Shown: positions 27,397-39,011 of the stretch, one piece after another
Layout of the letters: every line of letters starts with the position of its first letter
How positions within the stretch are numbered: position 1 is the stretch's first letter
NCBI RefSeq assembly: GCF_022558725.1
Contig: NZ_CP060892.1
Reading direction: 5' to 3' (one strand)
DNA: 40,000 nt
DNA from: Escherichia coli
GTDB lineage: Bacteria > Pseudomonadota > Gammaproteobacteria > Enterobacterales > Enterobacteriaceae
Notes under the pieces: generated by a model
What the model saw: the letters and a program-made list of their open reading frames with translations, nothing else
What the model was told of the DNA's origin: nothing
Databases searched by the model: none
Program-made: the position numbers and the translations under genes

Positions 27397-28453
27397 GGCT
27401 TTGTTGAATAAATCAGATTTCGGGTAAGTCTCCCCCGTAGCGGGTTGTGTTTTCAGGCAATACGCACGCTTTCAGGCATACCTGCTTTCGTCATTTTGTT
27501 CAGCGCTCGTACCAGGGCCATAGCCTCCGCAACCTGACCATCGTAGTCACGCAGCGTCAGTGAACCCCCGAACAGCTGTTTTACCCGGTACATCGCCGTT
27601 TCCGCTATCGAGCGACGGTTGTAATCTGTTGTCCATTTCCACCGCGCATTACTCCCGGTCATTCGCTGATTAGCCACTGCACGGTTACGGTCTGCATATT
27701 CACCGGGCCAGTAACCCGCACCTTTTCGGGGTGGGATAAGCGCGCTGATTTTCTTACGTCGCAGTTCATCGTGACAGAGCCGGGTATCGTAAGCGCCATC
27801 GGCGGCGGCTGACCTGATTTTCCGGTGGGTTTGCCGGATTAACCCGGGGAAGGCCTCTGAGTCCGTAACGTTGTTCAGCGACAGGTCAGCGCAGATGATT
27901 TCATGTGTTTTACTGTCAACGGCGAGATGCAGCTTACGCCAGATACGGCGGCGTTCCTGGCCATGCTTTTTGACTTTCCACTCGCCTTCACCGAAGACCT
28001 TCAGCCCGGTGGAATCAATTACCAGGTGTGCGATTTCACCCCGGGTGGGCGTTTTGAAACTGACATTAACCGACTTTGCCCGCCTGCTGACACAGCTGTA
28101 ATCCGGGCAGCGTAGCGGAACGTTCATCAGAGAAAAAATGGAATCAATAAAACCCTGTGCAGCCCGCAGGGTCAACCTGAACACGCGTTTAATGACCAGA
28201 ACGGTGGTGATGGCAAGGTCAGAATAGCGCTGAGGTCTGCCTCGTGAAGAAGGTGTTGCTGACTCATACCAGGCCTGAATAGCTTCATCATCCAGCCAGA
28301 AAGTTATGGAGCCACGGTTGATGAGGGCTTTATTGTAGGTGGGCCAGTTGGTGATTTTGAACTTTTGCTTTGCCACGGAACGGTCTGCGTTGTCGGGAAG
28401 ATGCGTGATCTGATCCTTCAACTCAGCAAAAGTTCGATTTATTCAACAAAGCC
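27397..28453 (-). mobile_element. IS5 family, IS903-group insertion sequence, 1057 bp
   Basis: TIRs GGCTTTGTTGAATAAATC / GATTTATTCAACAAAGCC; 9-bp TSD TCTGAATAC at 27388-27396 and 28454-28462. Confidence 0.95.
27453..28421 (-). CDS. IS903-group transposase
   Basis: 322 aa; RGRPQRYSDLAITTVLVIKRVF...LVIDSTGLKVFGEGEWKVKKHGQERRRIWRKLHLAVD. Confidence 0.93.
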   Translation of the reverse strand: MKDQITHLPDNADRSVAKQKFKITNWPTYNKALINRGSITFWLDDEAIQAWYESATPSSRGRPQRYSDLAITTVLVIKRVFRLTLRAAQGFIDSIFSLMNVPLRCPDYSCVSRRAKSVNVSFKTPTRGEIAHLVIDSTGLKVFGEGEWKVKKHGQERRRIWRKLHLAVDSKTHEIICADLSLNNVTDSEAFPGLIRQTHRKIRSAAADGAYDTRLCHDELRRKKISALIPPRKGAGYWPGEYADRNRAVANQRMTGSNARWKWTTDYNRRSIAETAMYRVKQLFGGSLTLRDYDGQVAEAMALVRALNKMTKAGMPESVRIA

Positions 28454-28799
28454 TCTGAATACATATCATTTTGAAAAGGCGCCATCCATGTTGAAACTAT
28501 AAATGCTTGTATTTGATCTGTATCAGTAGCACTGGTGTTGATGTGTTTATCTAATGATACGACTTCATCACCCGTTGCATTCGCTATATTTGAACTTTGA
28601 GATAAATTATTGATACCGATTGGATTAGTCATAAAGCTCCCTTTTTTAATTGTCCAGGCCAATGGTCTTTACATCATACTTTTAACTCTAGAGCATTTTA
28701 AATATCTTGCAATAAGGTGAATATCTTAGATATTTTTATCTCTGTTGTTTAAATAACAAGTTGCATACATCTAAATAATAAAATTGCGTCAATAAAAAT

Positions 28800-30176
28800 T
28801 TATCGCATACAAATTCTCGTCAGCTGCTTTAATTTCAAAATGTTGTCAATTATAACTCGATGGCTTTCACTCTCAGTTTCTTTATAGTAGAGTTTAATGT
28901 TGTTTTTGAGCGGGTTAGGCACATACATATCTACACATTCTTTTATCACAACTGCTTTTCGTCTTCTGGGTTCGAGTTGTAGTGATTTGTCTATACAAAT
29001 CCTTGCCTCTTCAATTTTTTCATTATGAAAGTGGACTAGTGCCCTATAGTAGTAGAGAGAGGCTATATCAGTTGAGTGTATCTTAGCCTGTCCAAATAAG
29101 ATATGAGATACTTTTGCTTGTCCAGACAGACCAGTTATCAGTCCCATAATAGATAAAATTTTTCCATCGACAGTGGTTATGTCTGATACATAATCTAAAA
29201 GCTCTAATGCTTTTTGAGCAGCAAGTTCAAGTTCACTTTTTCCATGAAGTGCCAAAGACATATGGCATTCCGCTAGAAGGCAATAACATTCTGTTTTTAG
29301 CGTCTGTATATCACTTTTATTTTGTAATCTATCAAATATAGTCATGGCCCTGTAAATGCTTTCAGGGGTGAAGTCGTAAAGTTCTTTCTTTCCGGCTAAC
29401 ATTTCATCTGATAAATAATGATTCTTATATCCTTGGTCCTGCTTAGCTAATCTTACAGATCGTTCTGGTTTATGTACCGTTTGAAGGATATTATCTATAA
29501 TAAATTGTGATGTATTATGTAGTTCATCAACAGGGAGATGATTACTGGCGATGAGGAAAAGGTTTTTAGCGTCGATCAACTCAATGTATAAAGTGTTCAC
29601 TGCATTATTCTGGTTTATTCTTCCTGTAACGAAATAATCTGGCTTGAATCTGCTCAAGAATGAATTTTGAGATATGTGATCATTACAAAAATTTGTCGCA
29701 GCCATCGGATAGGTATAGAGACCATCGATTTTTTTATTTGAAATGATTTGCACTAATTCCTGATTAAGTATTAATGGATCCAGTGTATTCAATGAAGTAG
29801 TGAAAGGGAATATAGCTATGGAATAGTCTGAAGTATTATCTTCATTAATTTTAGTTTTGAAAACCTGCCCGCTGAAACGATAACCTTTCCGGTAGATTGT
29901 TTCTATGCAACGATCATAGCCAATTTTTTCAAAAATGCAGCGCAAAGAATAGATACATCTTGTCAGGGACTCGTCACTAACAATAATATTTTTCCATACT
30001 GATTCGATGATCATATCTTTCAGTACAACATGACCAGCGGATTCAAGTAATACTATTAATACACCTAACTCTTTCTGTGGAATATAAACTTGCTCATTTC
30101 CTTGAGTAAGAATTCCATCTTCCGTGAGCGTTAATCCCTCAAGAAAATGATATGAGAATTTATTTTCTAAGTCCAT
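28800..30176 (-). CDS. ygeH: HilA-like transcriptional regulator YgeH
   Basis: 458 aa with N-terminal OmpR-type winged helix and C-terminal TPR-like region. Confidence 0.93.
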   Translation of the reverse strand: MDLENKFSYHFLEGLTLTEDGILTQGNEQVYIPQKELGVLIVLLESAGHVVLKDMIIESVWKNIIVSDESLTRCIYSLRCIFEKIGYDRCIETIYRKGYRFSGQVFKTKINEDNTSDYSIAIFPFTTSLNTLDPLILNQELVQIISNKKIDGLYTYPMAATNFCNDHISQNSFLSRFKPDYFVTGRINQNNAVNTLYIELIDAKNLFLIASNHLPVDELHNTSQFIIDNILQTVHKPERSVRLAKQDQGYKNHYLSDEMLAGKKELYDFTPESIYRAMTIFDRLQNKSDIQTLKTECYCLLAECHMSLALHGKSELELAAQKALELLDYVSDITTVDGKILSIMGLITGLSGQAKVSHILFGQAKIHSTDIASLYYYRALVHFHNEKIEEARICIDKSLQLEPRRRKAVVIKECVDMYVPNPLKNNIKLYYKETESESHRVIIDNILKLKQLTRICMR

Positions 30177-30450
30177 TAGTTAACCTCTATGAAAAAATTG
30201 GTTTCTTGCATCCTGCTTAAGCAATAGAAATTATGGCTATTCATATTTATGTGTCATTAACGCTACAGGAAATTACATTTGACATATCTATGGTTGTGTT
30301 CACTAATTTATCTTAGGAATTCAGTGATGTAATCTGAAATAGCCTTATTCAATTTTGATAAAGTAGATTGTTCTCTAATGCATTGAAAAATAATGATTTA
30401 TAGTATGCTCTTAACTGTTTTAAGATGCTGATTTAAGAAAACATAAGAGG

Positions 30451-30486
30451 TGCTGGTTATAGTGGTTAACTGCACTATAACCAGCA
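30451..30486. terminator. Perfect 14-bp inverted repeat between ygeG and ygeH
   Basis: TGCTGGTTATAGTG - GTTAACTG - CACTATAACCAGCA, directly downstream of ygeG. Confidence 0.5.
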
Positions 30487-30510
30487 AATTTAACCAAATG
30501 ATTGTAATGC

Positions 30511-31035
30511 TTAGCCATTATCTTCTGAATTATCGTTTAAGAGTTCAATATATGCCTGCGCTTTACTCTTAACACTATCATCCTCACAATTGTTAATAAT
30601 GTGATAGAAACATTGCATTGCGTTATCGATATTTTTAGCCCCAATCTGACATTGACCCATACGATAAATAACTGAATAGTCATCATACGGGAAGTAATTG
30701 TAACTTAGTTTGTAAAGGTCATATGCTTGTTGATATTTCTTTTTGGGCTGACATACTGATGCAAAATCTTTTAGATACTCATGATTTTCGAACGCATAAA
30801 TGCACAAGAATTTATAATAAATTTCTGCGTCCGTTATATTACCCTTTTCATGGTAGTCGAATGCATATGCATATATTCTATCAAGGATATCAGGAGTTAA
30901 ACCATGTAGTAATGCCAGATTTTCTCCTTTCGATAATGCGTGTTTTAGTTGATTTGCCCATTCATCACTATTATTGAATATTTCAATTGTTTCTGTGCTC
31001 ATAATATTCCTCTGTGATGTGTCTCGTGATGCCAA
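30511..31035 (-). CDS. ygeG: SycD/LcrH-type T3SS chaperone YgeG
   Basis: 174 aa TPR chaperone. Confidence 0.9.
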   Translation of the reverse strand: MASRDTSQRNIMSTETIEIFNNSDEWANQLKHALSKGENLALLHGLTPDILDRIYAYAFDYHEKGNITDAEIYYKFLCIYAFENHEYLKDFASVCQPKKKYQQAYDLYKLSYNYFPYDDYSVIYRMGQCQIGAKNIDNAMQCFYHIINNCEDDSVKSKAQAYIELLNDNSEDNG

Positions 31036-31269
31036 ATTATTATTGATTGACTCATTGATATTTTTATATTTATCTTTTTTAAATTATGAGTTTTAAGCTT
31101 GCATTGCTTATGGTATATTTTTCATTATTGGTAAAAGTACTGTTCACTACAAACTAATAACATCATTAGTTGTTTTACTAATATTCACCTTATTAGTTAT
31201 CTTAATTACGACATTACATAAATGCCTTAATGTGTATGACCTGGATTCATAGTATCAATTGCCATTTTT

Positions 31270-31716
31270 TCAATGAAAATTAAAAAGGGGATTTTTGAGA
31301 AGGGTAGAATGTCGTTTGTTTTTTTCTTTATTATGTCTGGTGACGCGGGGGGATAGAACGTCTGTGCATATAGTAGTGAATTTATTCAGGTCTACATTAT
31401 TCTCTATTTTGGTCAGTTTTATGAGTTCATTTACAGCCATACTCATTAAATCATCTGTTATCGAAAATTTATATATGCTCATAGCAGATAATATTGCTTG
31501 CTGAATTATCTCTTCAGAAATATCCGCTATCTTTATTGACAAATCATGTGTTAGATATTTTCCTCCAAGAGATTCTTGTTCAATATAATTTAAACCAGAC
31601 CCCATTGTGATTTTAACTGGATTAACGGATTTCTCTTCATTTTTCTTATTTTTGTTCTCCTGATCAGGAACTAATGGTTGCAGTGGTAGGCTATTATTAA
31701 TATTTCGTGGCTTCAT
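31270..31716 (-). CDS. ygeF: ETT2-region hypothetical protein YgeF
   Basis: 148 aa, located between ygeG and yqeK as in K-12. Confidence 0.7.
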   Translation of the reverse strand: MKPRNINNSLPLQPLVPDQENKNKKNEEKSVNPVKITMGSGLNYIEQESLGGKYLTHDLSIKIADISEEIIQQAILSAMSIYKFSITDDLMSMAVNELIKLTKIENNVDLNKFTTICTDVLSPRVTRHNKEKNKRHSTLLKNPLFNFH

Positions 31717-31909
31717 TTTACATTTCTCTCATTTGATTAGAGCAAAATCCGAATTCGCAGCTTCTGATAATGTCAAATATCACCTTATGGAGACGTTACG
31801 TAGAATGACTATATTTGTTATCGGCACATTAGGGGTATTAATTTTAGTATTGATGGAAGGTGATTATTGAACAGTAACATCGAGTCACGGTAAAAATGTG
31901 AGGTATACA

Positions 31910-32335
31910 ATGGACATTGAATTTTCGCAGATTCATGAAATGGTCTATATGCATGATATTGTAAATTCGGACTCGAAAAAGAAACCAAGGATTCCGTTAA
32001 AAAAATTCCTTAATGCTGAGAATGTTCTCACGCAAACAACATCATGGACATTAAATTCAAGATATGTGAATGTTAATTCTGTCAATAAAGTCAACGTAAA
32101 GAGTAAAGTTAAAAACAGTTATATCTCACGATCTGTCAATGATGAGTTTAGTTTAACAGATGATGAAATCAATTCTTTTAAAGAAACGTTAGTCCTTTCC
32201 TCTATTGATTCACTGAGTAAACTGGTTCTTAATAATCCTCTTTCTGTATTGTTTACATCGACTGTACGAAGGAATAATAATCGAGCTAAGATGAATGTCG
32301 AGTTCGACTCATGGATTTGCACCAGATGTTGTTGA
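31910..32335 (+). CDS. yqeK: Hypothetical protein YqeK
   Basis: 141 aa [33 protein letters not shown]... Confidence 0.8.
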
Positions 32336-32370
32336 TACATGATATTTTACATTGCAAGGAGATGTCTAAA

Positions 32371-32451
32371 ATGAAAGATGTTGATCAAATCTTTGATGCT
32401 TTAGACTGCCATATACTGCGAGAATATTTAATTTTATTGTTTTATGATTAA
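32371..32451 (+). CDS. yqeL: Small protein YqeL (26 aa)
   Basis: MKDVDQIFDALDCHILREYLILLFYD preceded by CAAGGAGATG. Confidence 0.65.
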   Translation: MKDVDQIFDALDCHILREYLILLFYD

Positions 32452-32483
32452 CGAGGTTCCATCTTTTTGTTATCTATTTTAGT

Positions 32484-32978
32484 TTACCTTGCACAATGCA
32501 TTATTGCTCTGTTACCAATGCTCAAAATAAAAGCATGCTTACCTTGCTTTAGTATATTATAGCTTACACTTTTTTCTGGAAAGACATAAAAATCAGGAAT
32601 AAGTTGTGCAAGTCTATCATCATCAACTTGATCCATAATCTCAAACTTATTAACTTTCTTTGATGTTAAATGGGCTGTGTCATAGTTTTCAATCCATGTG
32701 TATTCAATATTTCGCCGTATTGATTTACTTTCTCTGTTACCTTGTTGCCAGGTTCCACTCAACGCAACAGTTCCTGTTTTATTTTTTTTGTTATACATAA
32801 AGTCGATGGTAAGATTTGCTCGTCCCTGGTCATTAAAAATTACCCAATTTGCAGTGCATGTTTCGTTATATATCATTTTTTCTGCAGTGTAAGAATAGAC
32901 AGTGAAGAGAATAAACCCACTGATAAAAACTAAAATAAATAATAAGTTTTTTTTATAATCAATCACGATTAACCTCAC
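32484..32978 (-). CDS. yqeJ: Membrane-anchored protein YqeJ
   Basis: 164 aa with N-terminal TM; overlaps yqeI. Confidence 0.85.
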   Translation of the reverse strand: MRLIVIDYKKNLLFILVFISGFILFTVYSYTAEKMIYNETCTANWVIFNDQGRANLTIDFMYNKKNKTGTVALSGTWQQGNRESKSIRRNIEYTWIENYDTAHLTSKKVNKFEIMDQVDDDRLAQLIPDFYVFPEKSVSYNILKQGKHAFILSIGNRAIMHCAR

Positions 32979-33768
32979 GGTAAGACAGGGTTAAACAGTT
33001 TGCCACTTCATGTTGGTTATAGTTTTTATTGCATGCCATAACAATCATCCCCGGTGAGGATTTTGCAAGAGGGAAGTATAACCACGGATGTTTTTTACAG
33101 TTAATCCCCGAATCCAGTATCCGTGTTTTATATTTATCGAACTCTTTCAACCCATCAATTGTATCTTCTGTTACATTAAAATGGCAGCCATTAATTTCCG
33201 CAACAGTCTTGTAATCCTTGAAAAATGGCTTCGGTTGATTATTATTCCATAGCCAATATGCAGAATATGCACCTATGACAAATGCGCTCAACATAATTAG
33301 ATGACTTTTTATATGTTTGAGGATTTTGTTATTGAAATTCTTTGCGCCACCAATGCTCTCTTTGTATCCCGCATTAACTTTTATGGCAGGTGGGGCATTG
33401 TGTGTATGTGCGTCTGTTGACGAGTTTATTACATGATTTTGTATGTTAATGTCATTATGGATCTTAAATCCTCTTCTCGGCACGGTTGCAATTAGCGAGT
33501 GGGTAGTATCACCAACAGCGCGAAATCCGCGTCTGATAATGGATATGTTCTGATATAACGTGTTAGTAGGCACACGCATACCTTCTTCTTCCCAGACTCT
33601 GGTGAAAAAATCTTGTTGTGCAACCACATCAGGAAAAGCTTCAAGTAGAAGTGATAAACATCGACTGGCTGGCGTTGTCAGAACGACGTTAAGATCGGCG
33701 TTATGTACCGATATTAATTTTCGGTGCTCAGGCCAGAACTCGATATTATCGTTAATAATCCAGTACAT
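32959..33768 (-). CDS. yqeI: CadC/ToxR-like transcriptional regulator YqeI
   Basis: 269 aa, N-terminal OmpR-type winged helix and one TM helix. Confidence 0.9.
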   Translation of the reverse strand: MYWIINDNIEFWPEHRKLISVHNADLNVVLTTPASRCLSLLLEAFPDVVAQQDFFTRVWEEEGMRVPTNTLYQNISIIRRGFRAVGDTTHSLIATVPRRGFKIHNDINIQNHVINSSTDAHTHNAPPAIKVNAGYKESIGGAKNFNNKILKHIKSHLIMLSAFVIGAYSAYWLWNNNQPKPFFKDYKTVAEINGCHFNVTEDTIDGLKEFDKYKTRILDSGINCKKHPWLYFPLAKSSPGMIVMACNKNYNQHEVANCLTLSYREVNRD

Positions 33769-34101
33769 ACGTCAATAAACACTAAATCAATCGAAATGGA
33801 GATCACATAGTTTGCTAAGTATATTGGTATTTACGGCATAAATATATATTAATTTTATATTTATCATGATGATTGAAATGAGGCTTTAATGTTGCAACGT
33901 AAAACTTTACGTAAATTAACATGGTTAACATTTATGCCACTATTGTTTGTAAATTCATATTTCGTAATGCTTCTGAATTTTTCGTGTGATGGTTTTAAAT
34001 ACTATGGTGTTTACTCTTGAGGGGACGGCCTATTTATAAAATACGGACATTTCAATAAATGCCCGTATAAACAGAGTATGATTCTGGCTGGTCGTTGAGT
34101 A

Positions 34102-34794
34102 TCAATGTTGGACCGAATGTGAACGAATAAATAATTCGTTTATTTTACCACCCATTCTCTTTTCGATTCGTTGCTTGTACGCGTAGATGCTACGGATATC
34201 CATATCCAGAACTTCAGCAATCTGATATGGATTATAACCAGAAACCATATACCCCATTATGGTGAATTCCATCTGAGTTAATGTGTTACCTCCGGTAAAT
34301 GATAAATAACGACCAATAAATAGTTGTCTGATCTTTTCATTGGCAACATCAAGACCATCATCATTATATATGACAGCAGATATTGCTGAGTTGTGTTTTC
34401 GCCAGTAATTAGCTAACGATTGCATATTGCGGTCGCTGACTAAAACAATCCCCATGTCAGTACTTGCAAGATAGTCAATCCAGTCTTTTTCAAGGAATAG
34501 ACGTAAAAAACTTACTGAAAAATCGACAAAAATATATCCGCTTAATCTCGCATTGTGGTTTTTTGTTAAGATACCTTCTACCACACCACGATTAAAATAT
34601 GAACTTTCTTCGGGCCACATACAAAAACACGAGTTTGCGCAATACTGCAAACGCGGTGACTCTTCTGGCATTATTTGGCAATGCATTGAGCAACTATTGC
34701 ATGTAAGACTTTTATAACGACTACAAAGCCCCATGTTAAGAACCTCCCTATCCGTATATAATTGCATAATTTCATTGGTTATTGATGATGTCAA
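34102..34794 (-). CDS. yqeH: LuxR-family HTH protein YqeH (start may be 34734)
   Basis: C-terminal HTH LTQMEFTIMGYMVSGYNPYQIAEVLDMDIRSIYAYKQRIEKRMG. Confidence 0.85.
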   Translation of the reverse strand: MTSSITNEIMQLYTDREVLNMGLCSRYKSLTCNSCSMHCQIMPEESPRLQYCANSCFCMWPEESSYFNRGVVEGILTKNHNARLSGYIFVDFSVSFLRLFLEKDWIDYLASTDMGIVLVSDRNMQSLANYWRKHNSAISAVIYNDDGLDVANEKIRQLFIGRYLSFTGGNTLTQMEFTIMGYMVSGYNPYQIAEVLDMDIRSIYAYKQRIEKRMGGKINELFIRSHSVQH

Positions 34795-35193
34795 TACACC
34801 ATGATTTTGTAATTTTGCCGGGAAAAATTGCGATTAATCTGTATTTGCTATAATTCTGAGTATGGCATTTAAAAATGCATTTCTCGTTATCAAATATGAT
34901 TATGTTTCACTGATTTAATCTTGCATGGTTGAGAGCGGTCCAGATAACTATCTCATGGTATAAGAATATCTATATCGCAAATTGTTTTTGAATGACCAGA
35001 AGATATCTTGCGAATCTAAGTTATGCATCTTAAATAGTCTTATTTAAGATGTTCAGATCTCTTTGTGTGTTTAACTAACTGATAATACTAGGATATGACG
35101 AGAGAAGTGATAGGGTGGAATAATAACAAATGAATATTATGAAAAATGGAATGGTTCAAAATTGTAGCAATTTTGAACCATCCACAACTGATA

Positions 35194-36423
35194 TTAGCTA
35201 AAGAACATTACCGATACGCACAGGATACCCACGATCAGCGTAATCAGATTTCCGATGGAACGCCAGGGTTTAAGCGCCGGGATGAGATACGTTGACAGCG
35301 TAGGCATGATGAAAAGTATCATGGCAATGAGCGGGCCGCTGATCGCGTAAATCATCGAAATCGCGTTCGGGTTAATGCAACAAACAATGAAGGTAATCAG
35401 CGATACCAACATAATTGATAGTGCGCGGTTAAATGCACGACTTTTCTTTACACCAACCTGCTGTAGTGTTGTTTTGACGACCTCTGTGGCACCTTCAATA
35501 ACGCCAAAGTACGTACCCAGGAATGATTTCGACATCGCAACTACTGCGACAATAATCCCGGAAATTGACAACCATGCTGGGGCGTTCGGCAGCATAGAAA
35601 GCGCCGATAAAATGGTGACCCCTTCTTCTTTAGCAGCTTCAATATACGAAGGTGGAATAGAAAGCAGGCAGCTAAAGACAAAGAACAGTACACTTATGCA
35701 GATGATGAGATAAGCGACTTTCATAATTTTTTTGCATTTATCCATAGCGTGTTCGCCATATTTTTCACGTCTGTCTATGGCAAACGTAGAAATAATGGGC
35801 GTATGGCTAAAGGCGAAAACCATCACGGGAATCGATATCCATATCTGGTGAAGGGTATTCTGATTGAACTCTACCTGGGTTGTTAATAGATCAGGTTGCC
35901 AACTACCGACAAGGTAAATGGAAAGAAATAAGAAATAGGCAATCAATGGGAATACCAAAAATCCCATTACCCGAATAGTGGCATGACGTCCCATCAGAAA
36001 AATGAGATTCAGAATTAATACAACACCCAGACTCACCAACATACGGATGCGAAGATCAATAACCATATGCTTTGCCAGCTGTTCCGTAAGTGAGTTGGTA
36101 ATTGCCACTGCATATATCAACACGACGACAAAAAAGGCGATGAAGTACAGCGTGGTAATCAGATTACCAATCTTCTTGCCATAGTAGTGTGTTACCGCGC
36201 CCGTTATCCCTTCACCTGCTGATGTTTTTGATGAGAGGATGAACTGGCACAAGGCTTTATGTGGCCAATATGTTAAAGGCCAGGCGACCAGAGCAGTAAT
36301 AAACAGGACCACAGCCCCTGCCGAACCTAACTGAATAGGAAGGAAGAGCGTGCCTGCACCAACGGCTGTGCCGTAGAGCGCGAAACTCCACAGAGTTTCT
36401 TCTTTAGACCAAATATTAGACAT
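35194..36423 (-). CDS. yqeG: Amino acid transporter of the SdaC/TdcC family, YqeG
   Basis: 409 aa polytopic membrane protein. Confidence 0.93.
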   Translation of the reverse strand: MSNIWSKEETLWSFALYGTAVGAGTLFLPIQLGSAGAVVLFITALVAWPLTYWPHKALCQFILSSKTSAGEGITGAVTHYYGKKIGNLITTLYFIAFFVVVLIYAVAITNSLTEQLAKHMVIDLRIRMLVSLGVVLILNLIFLMGRHATIRVMGFLVFPLIAYFLFLSIYLVGSWQPDLLTTQVEFNQNTLHQIWISIPVMVFAFSHTPIISTFAIDRREKYGEHAMDKCKKIMKVAYLIICISVLFFVFSCLLSIPPSYIEAAKEEGVTILSALSMLPNAPAWLSISGIIVAVVAMSKSFLGTYFGVIEGATEVVKTTLQQVGVKKSRAFNRALSIMLVSLITFIVCCINPNAISMIYAISGPLIAMILFIMPTLSTYLIPALKPWRSIGNLITLIVGILCVSVMFFS

Positions 36424-36674
36424 TATCTGAACGTATCATCTACAAATTAAACAAAATGGAGGGCAATTTACCATAAACCAGGTTAAGTATGGGAGATTAA
36501 CGCCCTATCTACCCCTCTATTGGTGGGTTAGTGGTTGCAAACCTTACGTGCCAGTTATGTCTCTGACTGCTGCTCAGGCATATTTCCTTTGTGATAAAAA
36601 TCACTTTTTTTAAACAATTAAGATAACTGTAATTAACAATCATTTACTATTGCACTGTTAATTGGTGCGAGGTT

Positions 36675-37859
36675 GTGATGAAAGACGTTGTGATTGTCGG
36701 GGCGTTACGGACACCTATCGGCTGCTTTCGTGGTGCGTTAGCGGGTCATTCCGCCGTGGAACTTGGTAGTCTGGTCGTGAAAGCGTTAATAGAACGTACC
36801 GGCGTTCCTGCATATGCGGTGGATGAAGTAATTCTTGGTCAGGTGTTGACTGCAGGGGCAGGGCAGAATCCGGCAAGGCAATCGGCTATTAAAGGTGGTC
36901 TGCCTAATAGCGTTTCTGCAATCACTATTAATGACGTTTGCGGTTCCGGGCTTAAAGCACTGCATCTGGCTACTCAGGCGATACAGTGTGGCGAGGCTGA
37001 TATTGTCATCGCCGGTGGCCAGGAAAACATGAGCCGCGCACCACATGTTCTGACTGATAGCCGCACCGGTGCACAGCTTGGCAATAGCCAGTTGGTTGAC
37101 AGTCTTGTGCATGATGGGTTGTGGGATGCCTTCAATGATTATCATATTGGTGTCACCGCCGAAAATCTGGCTCGCGAATATGGCATCAGCCGTCAGTTGC
37201 AGGATGCTTACGCACTTAGCTCGCAACAAAAAGCGCGAGCGGCGATTGACGCCGGACGATTTAAAGATGAGATCGTCCCGGTAATGACCCAAAGTAACGG
37301 GCAGACGTTGGTTGTTGATACCGATGAACAGCCACGCACTGACGCCAGCGCAGAAGGCTTAGCCCGTTTAAATCCTTCATTTGATAGTCTCGGTTCTGTG
37401 ACAGCGGGTAATGCATCATCCATAAACGATGGCGCAGCTGCGGTAATGATGATGAGCGAAGCCAAAGCACGAGCGTTGAATTTACCCGTGCTGGCCCGCA
37501 TTCGCGCATTTGCCAGCGTTGGTGTAGATCCGGCATTGATGGGAATTGCGCCGGTGTATGCGACCCGCCGTTGCCTGGAGCGTGTAGGCTGGCAGTTGGC
37601 TGAAGTCGATCTTATCGAGGCTAATGAAGCGTTTGCTGCACAGGCGCTTTCGGTTGGCAAGATGCTTGAGTGGGATGAGCGTCGGGTCAATGTCAATGGT
37701 GGCGCGATCGCACTCGGTCACCCGATAGGCGCTTCCGGTTGCCGAATCCTGGTTTCTCTGGTTCATGAAATGGTGAAACGTAATGCCCGCAAAGGACTGG
37801 CAACGCTTTGTATCGGCGGGGGCCAGGGTGTGGCATTGACCATTGAACGTGACGAATAG
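36675..37859 (+). CDS. yqeF: Acetyl-CoA acetyltransferase YqeF
   Basis: Thiolase motifs NDVCGSGLKALHLA, GGAIALGHPIGASGCR and CIGGGQG. Confidence 0.95.
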   Translation: MMKDVVIVGALRTPIGCFRGALAGHSAVELGSLVVKALIERTGVPAYAVDEVILGQVLTAGAGQNPARQSAIKGGLPNSVSAITINDVCGSGLKALHLATQAIQCGEADIVIAGGQENMSRAPHVLTDSRTGAQLGNSQLVDSLVHDGLWDAFNDYHIGVTAENLAREYGISRQLQDAYALSSQQKARAAIDAGRFKDEIVPVMTQSNGQTLVVDTDEQPRTDASAEGLARLNPSFDSLGSVTAGNASSINDGAAAVMMMSEAKARALNLPVLARIRAFASVGVDPALMGIAPVYATRRCLERVGWQLAEVDLIEANEAFAAQALSVGKMLEWDERRVNVNGGAIALGHPIGASGCRILVSLVHEMVKRNARKGLATLCIGGGQGVALTIERDE

Positions 37860-38016
37860 CTCTGCATTTCCTCCTTACCGATAAATATCTGCCGTCATTA
37901 ATCTGTTGAATAATGATGGCTGGCAAGTCGACATACATTTTCTGGGCTCCCTCATTTTTCCATTCTCATGACATATTCGTGATCGACACTGCACTTTTTT
38001 TAATCCTTAACTTAAA

Positions 38017-38037
38017 AATGAAACATTGTTTTATTTT
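38017..38037 (+). promoter_or_regulatory. Probable KdgR operator upstream of kduI
   Basis: AATGAAACATTGTTTTATTTT, resembles the KdgR box; about 110 bp upstream of kduI. Confidence 0.5.
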
Positions 38038-38145
38038 TAATTGAAAACCCTAGCCCATGGGCATATCATCCCTTTATAGAGAAAACGAAACAGTGTTTCA
38101 CTATCGTTTTCTATTTTCACGCTTCACTGATTATCGGAGGTTGAT

Positions 38146-38982
38146 GTGGACGTAAGACAGAGCATCCACAGTGCGCACGCAAAAACGCTGGATACCCAAG
38201 GGCTGCGCAATGAATTTTTGGTTGAAAAGGTATTTGTCGCCGATGAGTACACCATGGTTTACAGCCACATTGACCGAATTATTGTTGGCGGCATTATGCC
38301 GATAACTAAAACGGTTTCCGTTGGCGGGGAAGTTGGTAAACAACTCGGCGTAAGCTATTTCCTTGAACGTCGCGAGTTAGGTGTTATCAATATTGGCGGT
38401 GCCGGTACGATTACTGTCGATGGCCAATGCTATGAAATCGGTCACCGCGACGCCCTGTATGTTGGTAAAGGTGCAAAAGAAGTTGTCTTTGCCAGTATTG
38501 ATACCGGCACTCCGGCGAAGTTTTATTACAATTGCGCACCCGCGCATACGACGTATCCCACCAAAAAAGTCACACCGGACGAAGTATCTCCAGTCACGTT
38601 AGGCGATAACCTCACCAGTAACCGTCGCACGATTAACAAATATTTTGTCCCGGATGTACTGGAAACCTGCCAATTGAGTATGGGGCTGACGGAGCTGGCT
38701 CCGGGTAACTTGTGGAACACCATGCCGTGTCACACCCACGAGCGCCGGATGGAAGTTTATTTCTATTTCAATATGGATGATGACGCCTGCGTTTTCCACA
38801 TGATGGGGCAGCCGCAAGAAACGCGTCATATTGTGATGCATAACGAGCAGGCGGTGATCTCCCCGAGCTGGTCGATCCATTCCGGTGTCGGAACCAAAGC
38901 TTATACCTTTATCTGGGGCATGGTCGGTGAAAACCAGGTCTTTGATGATATGGACCATGTGGCCGTTAAAGATTTGCGCTAG
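38146..38982 (+). CDS. kduI: 5-keto-4-deoxyuronate isomerase
   Basis: 278 aa with cupin metal motif [16 protein letters not shown]. Confidence 0.97.
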
Positions 38983-39011
38983 TTGTGGGCATAAACGAAT
39001 AAGGTATTGTT

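Larger units (their letters stand above)
27348..28632 (-). pseudogene. ygeI: ygeI, disrupted by an IS903-group element
   Basis: 5' part MTNPIGINNLSQSSNIANATGDEVVSLDKHINTSATDTDQIQAFIVSTWMAPFQNDMYSE; 3' part DNPISPYYKIEW* found beyond the IS. Confidence 0.85.

Noticed and set aside
30454-30484. CACTATA string as a further phage-RNAP promoter
   Set aside because: It lacks the upstream specificity block and the GGGAGA initiation sequence, and is fully explained by the inverted repeat.
37069-37938. Antisense ORFs in yqeF, including 162 aa and 94 aa
   Set aside because: Shadow frames over a well-supported thiolase gene.
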